From Eledone cirrhosa (lineage: Eukaryota), in assembly GCA_964016885.1 (NCBI GenBank), contig OZ024742.1, positions 105,524,001 through 105,588,000 on the forward strand: DNA of 64,000 nucleotides. Reading direction: 5' to 3'. Positions within the stretch are counted from its first letter, which is position 1; each line of letters starts with the position of its first letter. Shown here in pieces: positions 38,312 through 50,677 of this stretch. A program made the translations under genes and the position numbers. The notes below the pieces were generated by a model. The model was not told the DNA's origin. It ran no database searches and was given only the letters and a program-made list of their open reading frames with translations.

Positions 38312-41300
38312 GAAGGTGAAGCCACGCTTCTTATCGCCTCCCAATTTTTTTTCAATAGTTTACCTCGTTTTCAACAGTTCTAAACCTTTTATTCAAGTTT
38401 TAAACTTAATAAAAGTTTAGAAGTGACTCACCTAATACAGGGGTTCACTCGTAAATAATACGGCACCGCTTTACAAGGTGTCATATTATGTAAAATATTT
38501 TTGAAAAAAAAAATTTCTTTCAACACGGATAACACAAGAAAGAGAGAGAGCACTGTCAGACAACACAGAGAGAGGGATACTTTATCAGCATGTCAACAAG
38601 ACAGCGTTCTAGCGTAGGTAAATATAAAAGATATTATTATAAATGATATTGTTACAGATTTAAAATTACCAAATATTTCTAACAAACAACACCAACAATA
38701 ACAGCAATAACAACAGCAACAACAAAAATAACAGCGGTAAGGTCGAGAACGACAATAACAATAACAACCGCCACAACAACAATAATAGTAGGAACAGTAT
38801 CAACAAAAACAACAACAATAACAACAGCCACAATAACAGTAATAATAGCAACAGTATCAACGAAAACACCACCAACTACTGTACCAACGAAAACACCGTT
38901 CTAAACCTTTTATTCAAGTTTTAAATTTGATAAAAGTTTAGAAAAAGTGATCCACCTAATACAGGGGTTCACTCGTAAATAATATGGCACCCCTTCACGG
39001 GGTGTCGTATTTGTGTAAAAATATTTTTTGAAAAAAAATTTCAACATGGATAACACAAGAAAGAGAGAGAGAGAGAGCGCTATCAGACAACACAGAGAGA
39101 GGGATACTTTATCAGCATGTCAACAAGACAGCGTACCAACGTAGGTAAATATAAGCAAAAATATTACAAAGGAAAAGAGGAACAATATCATTTTTAATGA
39201 TATTGTTACAGATTTAAAATTACCAAATATTTTTAACACCAACAACAACACCAACACCAACAACAACACCATCAATAACAACAGCAACAACAAAAATAAC
39301 AGCGGTAAAGTTGAGAACGACAATGACAATAACAACCGCCACCACAACAATAATAGTAGAAACAGTATCAACAAAAAACAACAATAATAACAACAGCCAC
39401 AATAACAGTAACAACAGTATCAACGAAAACAACAACACCAACAACTGTACTAACGAAAACATCAACAATGACATCGATACCTGTAACAGCGATCTCAGCA
39501 CCACCAGTAAGACCAGAAGCGGCAGCAAAAGTGGTGCTGCTGAAAAAGGGACCACTTCTTTTGCAGGTGTCGCCCGAAATATCGAGACAGCATTAGTCAC
39601 AGAGGAGGAGATGGCAGTCGCAAGGGCCATGGTGACAAGAAGCGCCAATAGAGTCTCCCTGAAACCTCCACCCGATTTTTTTTTTTTTTCAAGGACTAGC
39701 AGCTACGGACGGTGACTTACCGCATCGTAAGCAAAATCTCACATCGGGTGGAGAGAGCCACGGAGGCTCAAATCCCAAAGGCCTTGGGGTGCGTCTGGGC
39801 ACGCAAAACCCACCTCACCCGAGGCAGAAAGTATGCCACAGTAGACGTACTTTTCGCCACCCCCCAGGAAGCGAAGTCTCACTCTTTGGAAACCCTAAAG
39901 TGTGAGAAGATAGTCTTGGTGCCCTCCTACTGCGGGCAGAAAATTGTGAGGGTCAAAGTGACCCAGGTCCCACCCGACGTGCCCATACCTTGGCTGGCCG
40001 CGTCTGTCCTTGCTGGAATCGAGGACAGGACGACCATGCTGCAAGTAGAGAAAATAGGGAGAGAGAACTGGTCAGGTATAGGCATGCAAATGCTTATACA
40101 AACTGACCAAGAATGTATCGAGGAAGGACTCCAACTCCCTATAAGCGTAGACGGAAGACGGCCAAAATGTTATCTCTGTGGGTCGAAGGGTCACCTCAGG
40201 GCCTTTTGCCCGCAGAAAACAGCGAAGAAGAAGGCTCCTCTCCTTCCAATACCTGGTCCGCTGCTACCAAGAGCAGGGCAGGCAACAAATGCAGAAGCCC
40301 CTTCCACAGTGAGTAGGAGGGCAACGTCCGTGGCACCCGTACCAAGGCCACGGACAACTAAAGCAGCAGCATCAGTGGCAGCAACACCAATAGCTACATT
40401 TGCAGTAGCTGCACCAGCAACAAAATTGCTGGAGAGGGCTCCACCACCAACAGCCATGGAGCACATACCCCTCCCAGATGCCACGAAATCCGACATGGAG
40501 TCTGAGTCGGGAGTGAAGTGGCAAACAGTCTGCCACAAAAAAGAAAAAAGAAAAAAACCCTTAGCTTCACCCTCCAAAAGTGGGGTAAAGGCTGCAAGGA
40601 GACTTGCAGCACCACCACCACTATTACCATCACCATCACAAGCACGACTGCCAACAACAACCACACCACCACCAGCATCACCAAAAACACCAACAAAACA
40701 CACACACCAAACAGCAACAAGAAGAAAACAGCAACAAAACCACCCCTCCCTCCAAAAAGTATACATCCATAAACATGGCAAATAAAGAACTCGTACAATA
40801 TATAAAGCACACAGACATCACAGAAAAACACTACTACACCCCACCAACACCAAGAACTCTCCCAATAAACATAAGTATCATCGAAATCTCAATAGAACAG
40901 TTCAAACTTTTAAAACAAAAGTTGCTGTCCTTTTTCGGAGAGGCTTGGATCTCACCATCCGGGCCATCTTCCTGAACCCAGAAGGTAAGTCGGTGGTGCT
41001 GGACGTGACCGGCAGCGAAGGCAATGCTTTCAGTTGTGAAGGTTGTGAGGGTGAACGGTCACCTGTCGCAGCCGTTCAGCATCATGCGCTCGGTTCGCCA
41101 GAGTTGTCTCCTCTTGTCCCTCTTGTACGTATTGGCTCTCGAGCTGTTACTCCACAAACTGCACGCGAACTAGGATGTGGGAAATCCGTGTAGGCGTCGG
41201 CCGACGACGTCACTGTGGTGGTGTCGAGCACCAGACACGTCCAGATGCTCGGCACCGCTCTCAAGGAATACGAAGCGGTGACAGGAGCAAAGATAAACCA

Positions 41301-43040
41301 GGAAAAGTCAGTGGACTTGCAGCTTGGCACCTGGAGAGGCAAGTCCATGCTGTCCGACAGCGTCGTGGGGCGTTGGACGGACGGACCGGTTAAATTGCTC
41401 GGGGTCTGGTTCGGACCGGACCTCCAGATAGAGAAAAACTGGAACGAGGTGACGAGCAAGGTGGCCTCCCTCACCCAGAAATGGGCCGAGAAGAAGCTTT
41501 CCCTTAAAGGCCGAGCGGAGGTGGCGAATGCATACATCGCATCCGTCATCTGCTACCGCCTCACCGTCGTCCCTTGCCCAGGCACGTTTTCCCACAGCTC
41601 GTCTCCTTGATGGAATTGCAGTCCTGGGTCAGGAAGAGACCGAGGGATATTGCTTGGAAACTGGAATGTCTCCAGGCGCTCACCGCCCTTTGCTAGCTGG
41701 GCACCAGTATCGGTGGAACATCCACCTCGGTGTTCTATAGAGGACTAGTGGATGGGAAGAGCGACAACATTTTCGGAGAGATCCTGGGTGTCGAAGAAGA
41801 TCAGCTGTTTGCTCTCTTCCGGAGAACTTTCAGCCCAGGGCCTATGGATAACTTCAAGAAATACCTGTCCTGGCAGTGCTACCGGGGAGTGTTGTCGGTT
41901 CGAGATAAGCTCTACAGGCATGGAAGTGACGTCAGCCGAGCCGGTCCGAGATGCGCTCAGAGCGACGAATCCGTCGTGCACGCACTCGTTCAGTGCCCGA
42001 GCATTGCTGACTTGTGGAGCTATGTCGAACAGTTGCTGTCGCGTGTGGGACTGATCCGGTTATCGACTGAGTCTTTACAAAAAAATTATATATCGTCCAG
42101 GTGTGTGAACGACATCTCATCTCTTTAAGATTATTAATTAAAACTTTAACGATAACAAGGCTTAATCTTTTATTAAATGATTCATTTAATAAAACACAAC
42201 ATAATAATTACATTCATAGGACATACCCTGCAAGCTAAACGGCAATGGCTTAATTCTTACATTCAAGAAGAGATATGAAAATCTCTTGGTCAAAAACAGG
42301 CGTTTTCCCAAAGTACGTCCACGTGGCAGGACAAAGGCGACTGGAATTGAAAACCAGTTTTACATTGGCGTCTCTTCTTTTAGAGAAGGCCGAGATAAGG
42401 GAAGTAATTCGCTATTTTTTTGTGTTACCCACAGGTGGCGACACTGCGTTGCTATAGTCAACACACTGTTGCCATAGTTACTACAAGTCCATTGTGCAGA
42501 TGGTCTCGACGTCTTCCTTCGAAGAGGAAGGGCAGGCAGTTTTCATCTGCCTGGTGGCTATGGCGAAAGAGATTGTGTGGTGGACAAGATTGACAGGGCT
42601 AAAGACAGGCACTTTCCTCTTCAGTGAATCCCTAATTAACTTTTTCAAGTTACACTTGAAGAGGCAAGTGCTGCCTTCTAGCAAGTTTGTTGAAAGGTGG
42701 GTGAATGTAGCGAAAAGGGTCCGAGTGAATATATGCTTGGAGTTTGAGGAATGGAAAAATTGAGAGAGGGCGCTTGCCTTGATGATCAGGGTGGCTGTGG
42801 TCTTTTGTGTGGTTTTCGCTACGACTAACCTTCGGAGGTTCTCCCACTATTGGGGAATTTTTCATTGTTTCAATTTTCATTTTTATTTATATATATATAT
42901 ATATATGTTTCTGTCTTTTTTCTTTTTCGTTTCTTATATAAATAATAAAAATCTTTACACGCTCAAAACCCACATCGTACCGTCCTGTGCCGTCTGTAAT
43001 GTTTTTCTTAATGTCAGCCCTTGTGGCCAATAAAGAAATC
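38312..43040 (+). mobile_element. Tx1-like element D (B-related subfamily), multiple deletions
   Basis: ORF1 39712-40785 with DGRRPKCYLCGSKGHLRAFC; RT and C-terminal remnants 41000-42740; end GCCCTTGTGGCCAATAAAGAAATC(ATT)n. Confidence 0.9.
42074..42485 (-). mobile_element. Solo LTR-like element, family 3, inserted in Tx1 D
   Basis: 412 bp; minus-strand termini TGTAGT...TGTAAA; TSD AGTC (42070-42073 and 42486-42489), supported by the uninterrupted GAGTCCATAGTG in copy A. Confidence 0.8.
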
Positions 43041-43157
43041 ATTATTATTATTATGACCAATATTTTTATATATGTCTATCTACTACTATTACTACTCCTA
43101 GAAAAAGGCGTTGGTGGGGATTTGATGAGAAAGAATAGACTAGTAAACAGAAGATTA

Positions 43158-43872
43158 ATCCAGTGTCCAAGCATTGCTGACTTGTGGGTTTATATTGAAC
43201 ACCTGTTGTTGCATATAGGATGAATCCGGTTACTAGCTGAGTCCATTGTGAAGATCATCTCACTGCCTTCCTTTAGCCAGGAAGGGCAAACTGTTTTTAT
43301 CTGTCTGGTTGTATGGTGGACATGTTTGAAATAGGCAATGCTCTGATTAACTTTTTCAGGTTTTACTTGAAGAGGAAAATCAGGGTAGAGAGTGAAGTGC
43401 TGCCTTCTAGGTAGTTTTTTGAAAAGTGGGTGAGAGAGGTGAGAATGGCCTAAGTGAATGGGCCTGCTCTGAGTGTGCACCTATAGATTGGAAGAGGACA
43501 ACTGGGACAGGGCACTTGTCTTAGAGATTAGTGCACTCATTGTTTTTTTTTTTTGTTTTATTTCCATGAGCAGCTCTCGAATATCTCCTTCCTTTTAGTG
43601 TCCTTTTATTATTGTTAAACCTATTTACACAACCCCCCCCCCCCCCCCCACACACACAGGCTGTTTTATTGTTAAACCTATTTACCCCCCCCCCCCCCCC
43701 CCCCCGGCTGTTTTATTGTTAAACCTATTTACACACAAAACCCACACACACACACACACACAGGCTGTTTTATTGTTAAACCTATTTACACACAAAACCC
43801 ACACACACAGGCTGTTTTCGTCTTGTCTTCTTGTTTTCTTAATGTAAACTCTTTGTAGTGAATAAAGAATTC
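43158..43872 (+). mobile_element. Tx1-like 3' fragment E
   Basis: QCPSIADLW remnant, 3' UTR, and end CTTTGTAGTGAATAAAGAATTC(ATT)n. Confidence 0.8.
43610..43818 (+). repeat. Four-unit tandem repeat with variable poly-C/(CA)n spacers
   Basis: GGCTGTTTTATTGTTAAACCTATTTAC repeated within the 3' UTR of fragment E. Confidence 0.85.
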
Positions 43873-44164
43873 ATTATTATTATTATTATTATTTTTGTTG
43901 TTTTTGTGTACTTTACTTCATCTTCCTTCACATAAATTGCCACACAGCATAACCGCTAACAAATTAATTATTATTATTGGTTGTGGATTGCTAGTATTGT
44001 TTGAGTGTCGGACAACATACTTTGCAGCATATAGTTACATCCATTTATGTTCTGAGTTCAAAGCTTGCTGTGATTAGCTTTGCTTTTCATCCTCACAGGG
44101 TTGATAAAATAAAGTACCAGTAAGACACTTGGCCTTGTGCCTAAGTCAGAAACCTTTATTATTT

Positions 44165-46260
44165 TTGACAATTGGTTTGTTCAGATGTATATTTATTTTT
44201 ATTAGTTTAAAACCCCCTTTTTAAAAAAAAAAAAAATTTTGTTGCAAAGGGGACATCAGCTTTTGCCCTCAAGAAGTGTGATTCCATAATTGGGTCAGAG
44301 GTCCACATATTTGAACTTTACAACTTGATTTTACACCCACAATTTTTTTTTTAATGGCAGTGACACCCTCTTTCACATCCAGCCAGAACAGCAAAAAGAT
44401 CATTTCACTGACAGTAACTAGGACTGGAGTCCAAAAGTAATAAAAGCTTCACCACCTCCACCATTACACACAGGATTGTCACTGTAGACATCACCAATAA
44501 GGCCACACTGTCATCAACAAAATCAACAGCAGTAGCAGTGGTAACAGTGGCAACAACAGCAACAACACCACCATGGCAACAATGAAGAATACAACAAAAA
44601 CAATAACAAATAATACAACACAAACAAAAAATAATGAAAACAGTAACAGTAAAAACATTAACAATAACTTTCTATTTTAGGCACAAGGCCAGCAATTTGA
44701 AGGGGGGAGGGGGAAAGTCAATTAAATTGACTCCAGTGTGTATTGGTACTTTATTTTATCGACCTCGTAAGGATGAAAGGCAAAGTTAACCTTGGCGGGA
44801 TTAATAACAACAATAAAAACAACAGCAACAACAGCAGCAATACATTTGCACCCATGGCTGCAAAATCAGCTGAATTATTCATCATTGATGTACAATAAGA
44901 TGATCATTTGACATAAGTAGCAATACACAAGAGGTGAAATCACTGTTCCACCTGAGGTGTTGGTGGCAAAGGAAAATAGATTGATCTACAGAAATATATC
45001 TATAACATCAAGACGGCCAGAAGAGGCATCACAAAGTGAGTGTGAAAGGGCACTGAAACACATTGTCAAATGTAGAGTATATAGTTATAGCAAAGCAGTA
45101 TGTGGGCATTTCATTGCTGTGCAAAACTGGAACCCTGACCGTCAAACATTCCGTGGTTTGGGGATATGTGTTATGTGTTATACCATTCGTAGCAAGAAAG
45201 AACTGTCAGGATTGCTTGGATTGGACATCTGGTAGATCCTAGCCTGTGTGGTACAAGAGGGTAGTGACACACTCTTGGAACTCAAAATGCACCCAGAGGG
45301 AACACTGGCCAGGAATATGTTTAGAGATCCTACAGAAAAGATAGAAAACATCCCTGACCTCATTCACCTACTGGATGGTGTGGCTCCAAACATCATTGAG
45401 AGCAAAAAGATACATTGTCATTTGTATGCAGAGACAAACATCTTGATAGATTTTTACCCTCAACAGAAGACAAGGAACCACAGGGCCCCCTTGCATCAGG
45501 ATCACAAAAGCCACAACAACTGTGACACCAGCCTCTGTAACAGCTACAATATCAACAACTGTAGCAGCAGTACCAACAGCAGAAGCACCGGCCCCAGTAA
45601 ATTCAACACTACCCCCAAGAGCAGCAACAGCAAAAGAATCATAAAACCATCCAGGGGTCTCCTAACACAGGTCTTTCTTTCCCCCTCTTTCAAACACACC
45701 CATACACACACTGCAATACCCATTTAAGCAAATGACTCGGATAAAACTCCTCCCCTTGCAGTGAAGTATAGGGAGAAACCCAAAAGCCCCTTGTCTCCCA
45801 AAAAAAAACTAAAAAAAGAAAAAAACAACTACCTGCACACACTCCCCAGAAAGCCAACAATGCATATCCATACCAAATACAGCCACACATTCTACATCAC
45901 AAACACAACCACCACACTACAACAAACACAAGCTCAAAAAAGAAGACATGCAACAACAGATACAGACAGTCATGTACATTCAGGAGTAAGAGAAGAGACT
46001 CCCTCTTCTTCCCAACACCAAGGCACCTACAACAAGATAGATTTCAGGAGCAAAGCCAGCTGGCAAGGGACCCAGAGGTAGACCACCATCAAAATAATTG
46101 TATAAGATGGGTTGTTTCACGTGAGGATCCAGCCGAATCGTTTGGGGATGGTTGCATTAAATAAAACCCTTTAGAAGATGTGCCTGAAGACTCTGGCGCC
46201 ACGACCCTCACAGGAATAAGTGGGCAAAGAAGAAAAACAAACTTAACCCAACAATAGCAA
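44165..46260 (+). mobile_element. Old Tx1-like 5'/ORF1 fragment F
   Basis: AAC-rich start, RRPEEASQSECERAL and IENIPDLIHLLDG, similar to ORF1 of A; interrupted by a SINE at 44665-44800. Confidence 0.6.
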
Positions 46261-47136
46261 TGAAACTTAGAACTCAATTCCCATTGTATATGTTATGTCT
46301 AATGGCATATTTATTGGAAGTTATTAACCCCAATACTTGGCTGGTACTATATTCTATTGATCTCTGAAGGAATTAAAAGTAAAGTTGACCTTGATGGGAT
46401 TTGAACTTAGAAAGTAAAGAGTTGGAAGGCAGTTTGTGTTACACTTGAACAGAATTCGGCTATGTATGACAGGCCTATTTCATTAAAAATTAAGAAATAA
46501 CATGCAATAAACACATCTGAGGAAATTTCATGAATAATTGAAGATTTCATGACAACTGAAGAGATGTGATTTAAAAGAAAATGAGTGTTAGAGATAGGAA
46601 AAGAAAAGGAGAAACATGATATTGCTATGTTGTATACATGCATGCATGGTACTGCAACTCCCGAGGGAGTCTCTAGGGGCGCCGTATTGATATACGGCGT
46701 TTCTTAGGGATTTAAAAACCTGGCTTAGTCCATCTCTCTAGGTTTGAAGACAGTAGACTTTTTTTCTAGTGAAGGATAGTGATTGAGAGAATGGAAATGT
46801 GAAATAATTATAGATTGGTAAATAAACAAGACTGGTACTTTTTTTTATCGACCTCGACTGGATGAAAGGAAAAGTTGACCTCGGCAGGATTTGAATTTAG
46901 AGAGTAGAAAGCCGAAACGACTACCGCAAAGCAACCCATCCGACGTTCTAACCGACTTTGCCGATTCGCCGTCTTCTATATTGTTGTATAAGCCTTAGGT
47001 TAATCTTGATACAGCAGCTCACAAAAAAGGGACATAATTATGTTTGAAGTGTAAGAGTTGTCTCCCTTAGAAACGATTTCTGTTTTTTAGTGCTGAGTTC
47101 GATAATCCATTAACTTTGTCTTGATTCTCTATAGAC

Positions 47137-48388
47137 CAGAGATTCTCAAACTTTTTGCCCCCCCCCTCCTCACGGCCACATAATACCCTCAGCGCTCCCC
47201 AACCTTATTTCCAGAGAGACTTGCCTACATGCAAATTGTAAATAATAGATAATAAATACAATCGTTTATATATAATAAATAATTGTTTCTACTTTTGGCA
47301 CAAGGCCAGCAATTATCTCAGTGTACTACTGGTACTTTATTTTATCAACGCCGTAAGGATGAAAGGCAAAGTTAACCTCGGCGGGATTTGAATTCTGAAC
47401 ATAAAGTTCAAATCCCACCGAGGTTAACTTTGCCTTTCATCCTTACGGGGTCGATAAAATAAGGTACCAGTAATACACTGAGATAATTGCTGGCCTTGTG
47501 CCCAAAGTAGAAACAATTATTTATTATATACTAGCAGAATGTCCCGGGGTTTCGGGATTCTAAACATAGATTGGCATGTTTATCCCTTCTTTCTGAAACA
47601 GTACAGAGAAGTACGGAATACCTCGGCCTTGCGACCGTCGAATAGCAGATTCCACTGACGATTCGTTTGCCCGCCTTGTTCTTTTTCTTGCCGCTTTTGC
47701 AGTATTTCGGCCAATGGAGTATCTCTTCCTTCGAGGCATGACCTAAAAGCAGGATGAAGTACACTAAGACTAACTGGTAGATTAAGGAGTAAACGCGTCA
47801 GTGATGCATGTGATTTCCGAACCGTTGACTATGTAATTGCTGGCCTTGTGCCAAAAGTAGTGGGACTTTTTGGGTGGCTTATCGGCAATAACAATGACGA
47901 TAAGCCGTCTGTGCTTTCGTGAAATAAATACGTTTGTTTATTGTGTATGCAAAAATATCTGTACACGAATATATAATTATATATTAGTAATAATAATAAA
48001 TTTGAAGACCAAAATCCAAAGAGTGCTCGATAAGGATAAATATATAACTTAAACAAAAAATCTGAGGCAATTTCGGCTTGTAAACATAAATTGTACAAAA
48101 CTTTCCTGTATTACAGCTCCACGTTATACCCTAACGGATAGTACGATCTATATGTGGATAATTTTAGTCTTGATGTGGGAGCTAAGTATGTTTTGTTTAT
48201 ACCTTTACTTATTTGCATAGCGAACGTTTCCACGAACCAAAGTATCGTCTTCCTGTCTTCCTCCGGTTGCAACGTTTTTTGAAATATCCACTTCTGCGTT
48301 TACAGATTGACTTTGTTAGTTTCAGAAGATCCCGTTAAGGGTGAAAGCAGCGATTCTTTGCTTAAACTTTAATCTGTTATTTTAATAA

Positions 48389-48457
<69 letters not shown>

Positions 48458-48654
48458 TAACAGATTAAAGTTTAAGCAAAGAATCACTGCTTTCACCCTT
48501 AAAGGGATCTTCTGAAACAAAAAAAAAATCAATCTGTGAACGCAGAAGTAAATATTTCGAAAAACGTTGCAACCGAAGGAAAACAGGAAGACGATACTTT
48601 GGTTTGTGAAGACGTTTTCATAATGTCGTAATGCAGACAGCTTGAGAACCTCTG
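47137..48654. mobile_element. Composite block bounded by hAT-like TIRs
   Basis: CAGAGATTCTCAAAC at 47137 and GCTTGAGAACCTCTG ending at 48654; contains a SINE palindrome and Helitron fragments (minus-strand hairpin plus CTAG end at 47531). Confidence 0.6.
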
Positions 48655-49624
48655 GTCTATAGAGAATCAAGACAAAGTTAATGGATTATCGAACTCAGCA
48701 CTAAAAAAACAGAAATCGTTTCTAAGGGAGACAACTCTTACACTTCAATAAATAATACAGGTAAAAAAATTCCGTTATAACAAATACCATTATAACGAAT
48801 TTTTCAGTATAGCTCCCACTTTGAGAATTTCTGTTCTAGGCAAAGTCAGAAGGGTTGAACCAAATAATACAAACTAATGAAGAGGTCGTATAGTTTATTT
48901 ATTCTTTCTTTTAAATTTTATATTGCAATTTGTAAAGAATAGCACCGTTAGTCACGGGTGTCCAGTGCGTTAATCACTAAATTCACTGCATTCCTGACCG
49001 TGAGAGAGAACAAACATCATAAGAGACTTCGTTCGAGAAGCACCGGTTTTGGATTTTCTCGTCAATGTGGCTTAAATACATGATCGAAAGACACATGCTT
49101 ATTTATATAGCACACACATGCTTATTTATATATTTATATACAACGTAGTTGTGTTAATTTGGCACCTATGAGAGTGATGTTCTTCACAAATTGCAATGTA
49201 AAATAAAAAAACAAAACAAAACAAAATAGTCGACCGCTTTATTAGTTTATATTACTTGGTTCTGACTTTGTAAATATGTCCTTTTAAAAATGTTTTGTTT
49301 TAACAAATTAAAACTTATATTTCATTCACTGTTGTATAAAAAGTGATATAAGAATAGTTTGTTATATAGGCACAAGGCCAGCAATTTTGAGTGAGGGGAA
49401 AGTCGATTAAATCGACCTCAGGATATATTTAATAATTGTTTCTACTTTTGGCACAAGGCCAGCAATTACTCCAGTGTATTACTGGTACTTTATTTTATCG
49501 ACCCTGTAAGGATGAAAGGCAAAGTTAACCTCAGCGGGATTTGGACTCGGATCATAGGGCCGTTAGTCTGTGCGGCAAAGCATGGCGCCCGACCATCTAC
49601 CGATACTGCCAATCCACCACCCTT

Positions 49625-50070
49625 AAAAAGAGATATAATAATACAATGCTTACAGAACGAAAGCACAAATAAATATAATATAAAGGGAAGGGAAAGGGGA
49701 AAACAGAAAAAAGAAAAGAAAGGAAAAGTAAGAGAAAAAATACAACACACCTGGAACCACATACAACAAAAGGCTGGCGAAAGGGGTGGACAACCGAGCC
49801 GTTACCAGAACAAAAGATAACAGTATCGCGAGGAGCACTGGGAAACCCCTCTAATGATTTTTGAGGCAAGCCAGCACGCTCGCAGCGTTACCTCGGGTGA
49901 TGGCGAGGCTGATGCGCTGGAACAACCAAGCGCCTTCACGAGCATCACCAGTTACCTCTGTTAGGCAAGCCGCCAGTGAAGATAGGAATCTCGCAGTCAG
50001 TAGCCCGACTCCCCCAAACATCTCGAATGCCACATATACGTTTATCCTTTTTGTTACCAAAACCTGAAAC
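49625..50070 (-). mobile_element. CRE-like (RLE) non-LTR retrotransposon 3' fragment
   Basis: AFEMFGGVG...WLFQRISLAITRGNAASVL, a C-terminus characteristic of CRE-clade elements, followed by a 3' UTR. Confidence 0.7.
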
Positions 50071-50115
50071 GATCCCTGGTTCTACAATACGAAGCTGTTT
50101 ATTTTACGGTGTTTA

Positions 50116-50434
50116 TCCATATATCTAAAACAGAGAATGTCTGTCTGACTCCCTAAAATTCGAGAACCACCCAACCGATTGTTTTCAAACTTTACACATG
50201 TAATACTTATGGTTCTGTGAGTGTTTTGAACAAAAAATATTTCAAATTTTCAATGCCCTAGGGACAGCATTAGGCGATTTAGCGATCTCTCTCTATAATT
50301 CTTAGTCTTTCTTTTTAGATAGATACATAGATATAACGTTGCGCGCTTATACTATCTGTCTGATGTCTGGCTGTCTGCATTACGACATTATGACGCTGCG
50401 CGCGCGCGCGTGTGTGTGTGTGTGTGTGTGTATA

Positions 50435-50484
<50 letters not shown>

Positions 50485-50597
50485 TGTAACATTTTTCGAA
50501 ATATTTACTTTTGCGTTCACAGATTGATTTTTTTTAGTTTCGGAAGATTCCGTTAAGGGTGAAAGCAGCGATTCTTTGCTTAAACTTTAATCTGTTA

Positions 50598-50677
<80 letters not shown>

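Noticed and set aside
47760-47805. Hammerhead-like CACTAAGA...TAAACGCGTCAGTG
   Set aside because: Both core segments are defective and stem II is not evident.
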